Shown here: piece by piece, positions 58,695 through 64,000 of the stretch
Position numbering within the stretch: the stretch's first letter is position 1
Layout of the letters: each line of letters starts with the position of its first letter
Assembly (NCBI GenBank): GCA_963782525.1
Contig: CAWAKC010000010.1
Span: 1-64,000, forward strand
Length of the DNA stretch: 64,000 nt
Source: Candidatus Bathyarchaeota archaeon
Lineage (GTDB): Archaea; Thermoproteota; Bathyarchaeia; Bathyarchaeales; Bathycorpusculaceae
Direction: 5' to 3'
The notes under the pieces: model-generated
Seen by the model: only the letters and a program-made list of their open reading frames with translations
Database searches by the model: none
Told to the model about the DNA's origin: nothing
Program-made: the position numbers and the translations under genes

Positions 58695-59359
58695 CAGAAG
58701 AGAACCTTACAGGCAAAATGACTGAGTTTATGACGGCGTTAGATCAGGTTAAAGCATACCGAGAACTCACCAGCGCTATGGCAGATTTTGTAATAATAGT
58801 TGTAGCCTCGGTAATTACTTTAGAAGCAGTAAACATTATCATTAATTTACTAGATGTTTTTTATGGATATAGCATTGTTTATCCAGGAATTTCACTTGTG
58901 CTTCCTTCTTACAGCGCCATAATTCTTTTTTTTGGAGTAATTGCAGGCGTTTTATGGATTCGACGAAAATTGAGTTCCGTAAAAATTATGCAGTGGAAAA
59001 GCACACTGGACGAGGGAACTCCAGGAGCGCTAAAACTGTTTCAAGAAACAAACTGGGAAAAAACCTTTAATGATATCAGGTTTGCAAAAACTGGACTGGT
59101 AATTTACGGAGCTGTGAAGGTAATGGCTTACTGGGTATTGGCTTTCTTTTTCTTCGGCGTTTTGGTAGGGTTGATCCAAAATACTCTCCATCTAAGTATT
59201 GATCCTATTTCGATGGTTGTGATTCCGCTATTTCTTGTTTTGGCCCTAAGCATGAAAGACCTTCGTTACCGTTATGACCAGGTTGGGCGTCTTGATTCGC
59301 TTCTTTGGGAGCTTCGGTGGTTTGATAATGAATTCAGGAGAGCCGATTTCCAAGCCTGA
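58691..59359 (+). CDS. 4-TM hypothetical membrane protein
   Basis: Four hydrophobic segments; C-terminal LLWELRWF. Confidence 0.65.
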   Translation: MTEENLTGKMTEFMTALDQVKAYRELTSAMADFVIIVVASVITLEAVNIIINLLDVFYGYSIVYPGISLVLPSYSAIILFFGVIAGVLWIRRKLSSVKIMQWKSTLDEGTPGALKLFQETNWEKTFNDIRFAKTGLVIYGAVKVMAYWVLAFFFFGVLVGLIQNTLHLSIDPISMVVIPLFLVLALSMKDLRYRYDQVGRLDSLLWELRWFDNEFRRADFQA

Positions 59360-59612
59360 CCTCTACGTCTTAGCAAGGGTCATTAAGACGCTAAAAGAGA
59401 AAAACCGGATGAATAAAACCGCTCTTGCCACCGCCACAGGTTTGTCATATGATCGACTCGCTAAATACCTAGTTTGGATGGCGGATAAGGGGTTTATTGA
59501 CTTTGATTCAAACGATGACGTTGTACTTACGAAACTGGGCACTGAAACCTACGACCAACTGGTAAAATGGATTCTTCAACACATTGGAAAAGTGCGCTTT
59601 CAAAAAATTTAG
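59328..59612 (+). CDS. Winged-helix regulator
   Basis: MNKTALATATGLSYDRLAKYLVWM..KGFI...LTKLG. Confidence 0.8.
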   Translation: MNSGEPISKPDLYVLARVIKTLKEKNRMNKTALATATGLSYDRLAKYLVWMADKGFIDFDSNDDVVLTKLGTETYDQLVKWILQHIGKVRFQKI

Positions 59613-59633
59613 CACAAAAGAAAATTGCTAACA

Positions 59634-60110
59634 TTAATGCAGCTTTAAGACTAACGTTGCAACTCTTCTGCCCAACTCCTCGCAATCCACAAGATCTTCT
59701 TTACTTGGTGCACCCATAACCGCAACTCCATAATGTGCATCGTCAGCTCTGCCCTGAACAATCATCCCATGGATAAGCATAGCATGCACAATTGAGAGCA
59801 GCGTGGTTTCGGCTCCGGAAGCGGTTCCACCGCTGCTTGTAAATGCGCCGCCTACTTTGCCGCCTAATTGTTTGTGGACCTGTTCGGATCGATCGATTAA
59901 TGCTTTAAGTTTAGCGGACATTTGCCCGAAATATGTTGGTGACCCCATGATTATGCCGTTAGCGGCGAGCAAATCACTCGGTTTTGTTTCTGCAGCTTTT
60001 TTCACCATAACTTCCAAATTGCCTGCTTGCTCTGCTCCCTTCGCCACCGCTAACGCCATTTTTTCCGTGTTTCCAGAATTAGAATCATAAACAACCAGTA
60101 TTTTCGCCAT
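59634..60110 (-). CDS. Flavodoxin / WrbA-like NAD(P)H-dependent oxidoreductase
   Basis: YDSNSGNTEKMA, GSPTYFG, GGAFTSSGG..GAETT. Confidence 0.88.
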   Translation of the reverse strand: MAKILVVYDSNSGNTEKMALAVAKGAEQAGNLEVMVKKAAETKPSDLLAANGIIMGSPTYFGQMSAKLKALIDRSEQVHKQLGGKVGGAFTSSGGTASGAETTLLSIVHAMLIHGMIVQGRADDAHYGVAVMGAPSKEDLVDCEELGRRVATLVLKLH

Positions 60111-60114
60111 AATC

Positions 60115-60681
60115 TCACTTCACAATTTCCCGTATTATCTCGTTAGTCTCCATTATCTTTGCGTTGTAAACGTACTCTAAATACTTTAGCCCTTGCTCGT
60201 GCTCTTCAACCGTGAACGCTTCCACACTGTCTTTTGCGATTATGATTTGGTAACCTCTGAAAAACGCATCTGCCGACGTGTGCCTTATGCACATGTTCGT
60301 ATGTAAGCCGCCGAGAACGACGGTTTTAACGCCTTCTCCTTTGTAGAGGCTTCTCAATAATGGGTCTAAACCTGTCTCATAAAAGCCGCTGTAGGTTCGT
60401 TTTTCAACGATGTAGTCTTTGCCTTCTTCAGGTTTAAGTTCTGCAATAACCTGGGCGCCCTGTGTGCCTTTTATGGCGTGGTTGCCCCATTTCCTAACTA
60501 CCTCAACATCCTGAGGATAATGGGCATCGATACTATAGATAACGGGGACATCGTTTTTTCTTGCTGCCACAACGAGCTGCTGTAACGGCTCAACAATGGC
60601 GATGCTTCTTTTGATTTTAAGGGGACCAGTGAAAAAATCGTTTTGCACATCCACAAGTATAACTGCTGGATTATTAATCAT
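60115..60681 (-). CDS. Isochorismatase-family cysteine hydrolase (nicotinamidase-like)
   Basis: VDVQNDF, DAH, WGNH, KRTYSGF, TNMCI. Confidence 0.9.
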   Translation of the reverse strand: MINNPAVILVDVQNDFFTGPLKIKRSIAIVEPLQQLVVAARKNDVPVIYSIDAHYPQDVEVVRKWGNHAIKGTQGAQVIAELKPEEGKDYIVEKRTYSGFYETGLDPLLRSLYKGEGVKTVVLGGLHTNMCIRHTSADAFFRGYQIIIAKDSVEAFTVEEHEQGLKYLEYVYNAKIMETNEIIREIVK

Positions 60682-60729
60682 AAAAACACTCTCAACTAGA
60701 AAAGACGCGTAGATGCTAATTTAGTTTAC

Positions 60730-61782
60730 TTAAGGCAAGCAGGGTCCAGCAGTCAGGACTTCAGCGCCGTTTTTCGTGACAAGCACTGTGTCTTCGATTC
60801 GAACCCCACCTAACCCAGGCACGTAGATTCCTGGCTCATCAGTTACCACGTTTCCAATTGCCAAGATGTCTTTGCTGTCAGGGCTCAAAATTGGTGCTTC
60901 ATGAACTTCCAAACCGACTCCGTGACCCAGGTTATGGACAAAGAAATCGCCAAACCCAGCCTCCTCAATCACACACCTACCTGCTCTATCCACTTCACAT
61001 GCAGCAACTTGGGGGTTAATGGCTTCAAGAGCTTTTTCATGGGCAAGCTTTACCGCGTCATAGATTACTGCTTGATGGTAGGTTGCTTTGCTGGCGATGA
61101 AGGTTCGAGTGAGGTCTGAGCAGTAGAATTTGTGGGTTGCTCCTATGTCTACTATGACGAAGTCGCCGTCTCGAATGGTTCGCTCAAGGTTGCTGCCATG
61201 AGGATACGCCGAAGTTGCGCCCGAAGCCACGATGGTTTCAAACGCTACTCCGTCAGAGCCCGCTTTGCGCATGGCGTATTCGATTTCCGCTGCAGCGTCC
61301 TTTTCTTTTGTTCCAAGCCACATGATTTCTTTAGCAGTTTTCATCCCAATTGTTGCCAGCCTGCAGGCTTCTCGGATTAGTTTGATTTCTTCAGCATCTT
61401 TAACACTGCGTAGCTCTCGGATTATACCGCTGATTGATTCAAGTTTTTCTTCTCCGCCTACTGCGCTGGCCAGAGCACGCCAACTTTCAACTGGTAAGGA
61501 ATCTGCAGAGAATTTTTTGTTTGGGGTTTGTTTGGCGATTTTTTCCATGAGGTTTTCGCCCCGTTTCAGAAGTTCAACATTAACGTCTTTTGCTTCGGCT
61601 TTTGCCTGTTCGTAGTTCACTCCTGAAACATACAGAATTGATTCGCCTTGTTCGGGAATTAGCAGGGCGGTTGCACCTGAGAAGTTGGTGAAATAGGTTA
61701 AGTTGGATTGGTTGAAGATTACAAAGTTTGTTGGTTTGCCCTGTTTTTGGGCTGCTTGTTTTAGGTTGTCGGTTCGCTTCAC
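60730..61782 (-). CDS. Xaa-Pro peptidase (M24B)
   Basis: DIG, SDLTRT, HNLGHGVGLEVHE, EPGIY, RIED. Confidence 0.93.
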   Translation of the reverse strand: MKRTDNLKQAAQKQGKPTNFVIFNQSNLTYFTNFSGATALLIPEQGESILYVSGVNYEQAKAEAKDVNVELLKRGENLMEKIAKQTPNKKFSADSLPVESWRALASAVGGEEKLESISGIIRELRSVKDAEEIKLIREACRLATIGMKTAKEIMWLGTKEKDAAAEIEYAMRKAGSDGVAFETIVASGATSAYPHGSNLERTIRDGDFVIVDIGATHKFYCSDLTRTFIASKATYHQAVIYDAVKLAHEKALEAINPQVAACEVDRAGRCVIEEAGFGDFFVHNLGHGVGLEVHEAPILSPDSKDILAIGNVVTDEPGIYVPGLGGVRIEDTVLVTKNGAEVLTAGPCLP

Positions 61783-61986
61783 TTTTTTCGCCTTCTTTAT
61801 GGGATTGGTTCGTTCGGGTTTAAGTTTTCGCTTCTTTAAGCGGTTTAGGGTGTTTTGTTGCGTAGATTATTGCGTTATGTAACAAAAGACAGGTCGTATT
61901 TTACCGTGTTTTTTTAACCCAAATGCCATTAACTTAATATAGTTTTCACTTGCCTTCTAAGATTAACCAACATTGAGGAAAAAAGC

Positions 61987-63900
61987 ATGTTCTCATACGC
62001 AGGAAAAATATTACATGTTAACCTCACAACCGGGGAAACACACACCGAGCCATTATCAGAACAGATGGCTAAAAGCTACATTGGCGGCATAGGCTTAGGC
62101 ATCCGCTTACTTATGGACAACTCCAAACCAGGCACAGACCCATTCGACCCAGACAACCCAATCATCTACTGTACAGGTCCGCTAAGCGGCACCATGGGTC
62201 CAACAGCTGGAAACGGCTACGCAGTAGTTTCCAAATCACCAGCTACAGGAGGAGTTGGAGAAGCTAAAGCTCACGGATTTTTCGGTCCTGACCTAAAACG
62301 TGCAGGATACGACGCCGTAGTCATTACTGGTAAAGCGCCAAAATTATCTTATCTTTGGATTGACGATGACAAAGTAGAAATCCGAAACGGCGAATACCTC
62401 AAATACGCCACAGTAAACGATACCGATAACAAAATCCGAGACGAACTCGGAGACTTCTATATTCGTGTATCAGCCATTGGCGAAGCAGGCGAAAAACTCT
62501 GCAGGTTCGCAGCCATCATAAACGACGAATTCCGCGCCATCGGACGCACCGGCATGGGCGCAGTGATGGGCAGCAAAAACCTCAAAGCAGTTGCCGTCCG
62601 CGGAACAAAAGACGTTAACGTCGCCAACATGGAAGGCTTCAAAGAATACATCAAAATGATCCATGAACGCATGAAGGGTCCAGCAACCAAGAAATACAAG
62701 ACCTTGGGCACACCCGAAAACGTTCTCGTCCTCAACTCGCTCTCAGCCTTGGCCACAAGGAACTGGACAAACGCCACTTTTGAAGGCGCCAACAAAGTTA
62801 GCGGCGAATACCTAAACGAACATTACGTTAAGAAAATCGTGGGTTGCGCAACTTGCGGTATGCGTTGCGACCACATTGCGGTTGTTCCTGAAGGACCATA
62901 CAAGGGTTCAACTTCCAGATTAGAATTCGAATGCCTCTGGAGCATGGGACCCCTTTGCGGAGTTGACAGATTAGACGCAATTATCGAAGCCATGCGCATA
63001 GTAAACGAATACGGCATGGATGGCATCTCAATTGGCGTCGTTGTCGCATTCGCGATGGATCTCTATGAGCACGGTGTAATCACAAAGGAACAAACCGATG
63101 GAATCGACCTTAAATTCGGCAATGCAGAAGCACTAATCGCCATAATCCACAAAATCGGAAAACGTGAAGGCTGGTTGGGTAACATCCTCGCAGAAGGAGT
63201 CGCCAAAGCAGCAGAACTAATTGGCGGAGACGCATACAAGTACGCTTGCCACATCAAAGGCTTAGAACTTCCAGGCTACGACCTAAGAACCCTAAAAACA
63301 GCAGCATTAGGCTTCTCAGTTTCATTCAGAGGTGCCTGCCACTTAAGAAACGGCGCTTACTCACCCGATGTTAAGGGCAAAGTGAACCGATTCAAAATCG
63401 AGAAAGGCCGCGGCAAAATGATTACCGACGAGAGCATCATGTACAACATCATCGACTCACTCATCGTCTGCAAATTTAGCAGAGGCACATACTACGACGG
63501 CTGGAAAGACCTGACCAACTACTACACCTTAGCCACTGGCATCCCAATTACCCCCGAAGAAATGATAGCTGACGGCGACCGCATCGAAAACCTCGCAAGA
63601 CTTTTCAACATCCGTGAAGGCAAAGGCACTCGCAAATACGACGATGTCCCATACAAGATAAAGAATTTCCCAGTCCCCGACGAAGGACCCGCAAAGGGCG
63701 TCTGCGTCAGCGACGAAGAAATGGCAATCGGCTTAGACGACTACTACGCTTCACGTGGCTGGACAGTGGACGGTATTCCAACGGTTGAACGCCTCAAACT
63801 GTTAGGTTTGGACGACTTAGCTTACATTGCTGAAGACGCTATGAAAGCCGCTAAAGAAGCCGAGCCTCAAGCAGCAGTGGCAACCACTGGAGGAAACTAA
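61987..63900 (+). CDS. aor: Tungsten aldehyde:ferredoxin oxidoreductase family
   Basis: KSPATG, GRTGMGAVMGSKNLKA, CxxCxxxC, GMDGIS, RGACH, DSLIVC. Confidence 0.95.
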   Translation: MFSYAGKILHVNLTTGETHTEPLSEQMAKSYIGGIGLGIRLLMDNSKPGTDPFDPDNPIIYCTGPLSGTMGPTAGNGYAVVSKSPATGGVGEAKAHGFFGPDLKRAGYDAVVITGKAPKLSYLWIDDDKVEIRNGEYLKYATVNDTDNKIRDELGDFYIRVSAIGEAGEKLCRFAAIINDEFRAIGRTGMGAVMGSKNLKAVAVRGTKDVNVANMEGFKEYIKMIHERMKGPATKKYKTLGTPENVLVLNSLSALATRNWTNATFEGANKVSGEYLNEHYVKKIVGCATCGMRCDHIAVVPEGPYKGSTSRLEFECLWSMGPLCGVDRLDAIIEAMRIVNEYGMDGISIGVVVAFAMDLYEHGVITKEQTDGIDLKFGNAEALIAIIHKIGKREGWLGNILAEGVAKAAELIGGDAYKYACHIKGLELPGYDLRTLKTAALGFSVSFRGACHLRNGAYSPDVKGKVNRFKIEKGRGKMITDESIMYNIIDSLIVCKFSRGTYYDGWKDLTNYYTLATGIPITPEEMIADGDRIENLARLFNIREGKGTRKYDDVPYKIKNFPVPDEGPAKGVCVSDEEMAIGLDDYYASRGWTVDGIPTVERLKLLGLDDLAYIAEDAMKAAKEAEPQAAVATTGGN

Positions 63901-63901
63901 A

Positions 63902-64000
63902 ATGGTGCGCCCTCAAGACCGAAAATTCGTAACCGCAGATCCCGACAAATGCATCGGCTGCTGTGTCTGCGAATACGCTTGCAGCATGGTTAACGAAAAA
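63902..64000 (+). CDS. 4Fe-4S dicluster protein (partial)
   Basis: DPDKCIGCCVCEYACS; runs off the window. Confidence 0.85.
   Translation, partial: MVRPQDRKFVTADPDKCIGCCVCEYACSMVNEK

Noticed and set aside
31640-59612. Single integrated element bounded by att repeats of tRNA-CAT
   Set aside because: No repeat of the tRNA 3' end and no integrase found by eye; better described as a mosaic accessory region

Overview
Archaeal chromosomal segment, most consistent with Bathyarchaeia (inferred from gene content: CdvA-like protein, a divergent EF-2 paralog, tandem PurP, MptN-like ligase, AOR, PEF-CTERM proteins). An intact core block (valS, nadX, purC, purP x2, EF-2 paralog, ogg-type glycosylase; about 8.5-31 kb) and a core end (WrbA-like, isochorismatase, Xaa-Pro peptidase, AOR; 59.6-64 kb) are separated by two accessory regions, each next to a tRNA 3' end. 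The first (1-8.3 kb, tRNA-Lys) holds an element-like wHTH core and heavily frameshifted cargo. The second (31.6-59.6 kb, tRNA-CAT) holds beta-helix surface proteins, an ABC exporter, a NikR-regulated Ni/Co ECF transporter, a copper island and an ApeA-like HEPN gene. Main observations: (1) a TPP riboswitch over an ECF-S / methyltransferase / AIR-synthase-like / atypical ThiE operon; (2) a copper island in which a membrane wHTH regulator and a membrane TIR protein both carry Met-rich outer loops, and two promoters share three TGTTTCA repeats at 11-bp phasing; (3) orphan 3' fragments of one wHTH gene (KRGWHWALT) bracketing the HEPN gene; (4) an array of GAA/TTC hairpins found at two loci; (5) a CdvA-like protein with a ~700-aa acidic tail containing two exact duplications, both offset by 549 bp. 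All product calls come from motif recognition by eye; no database searches were run.
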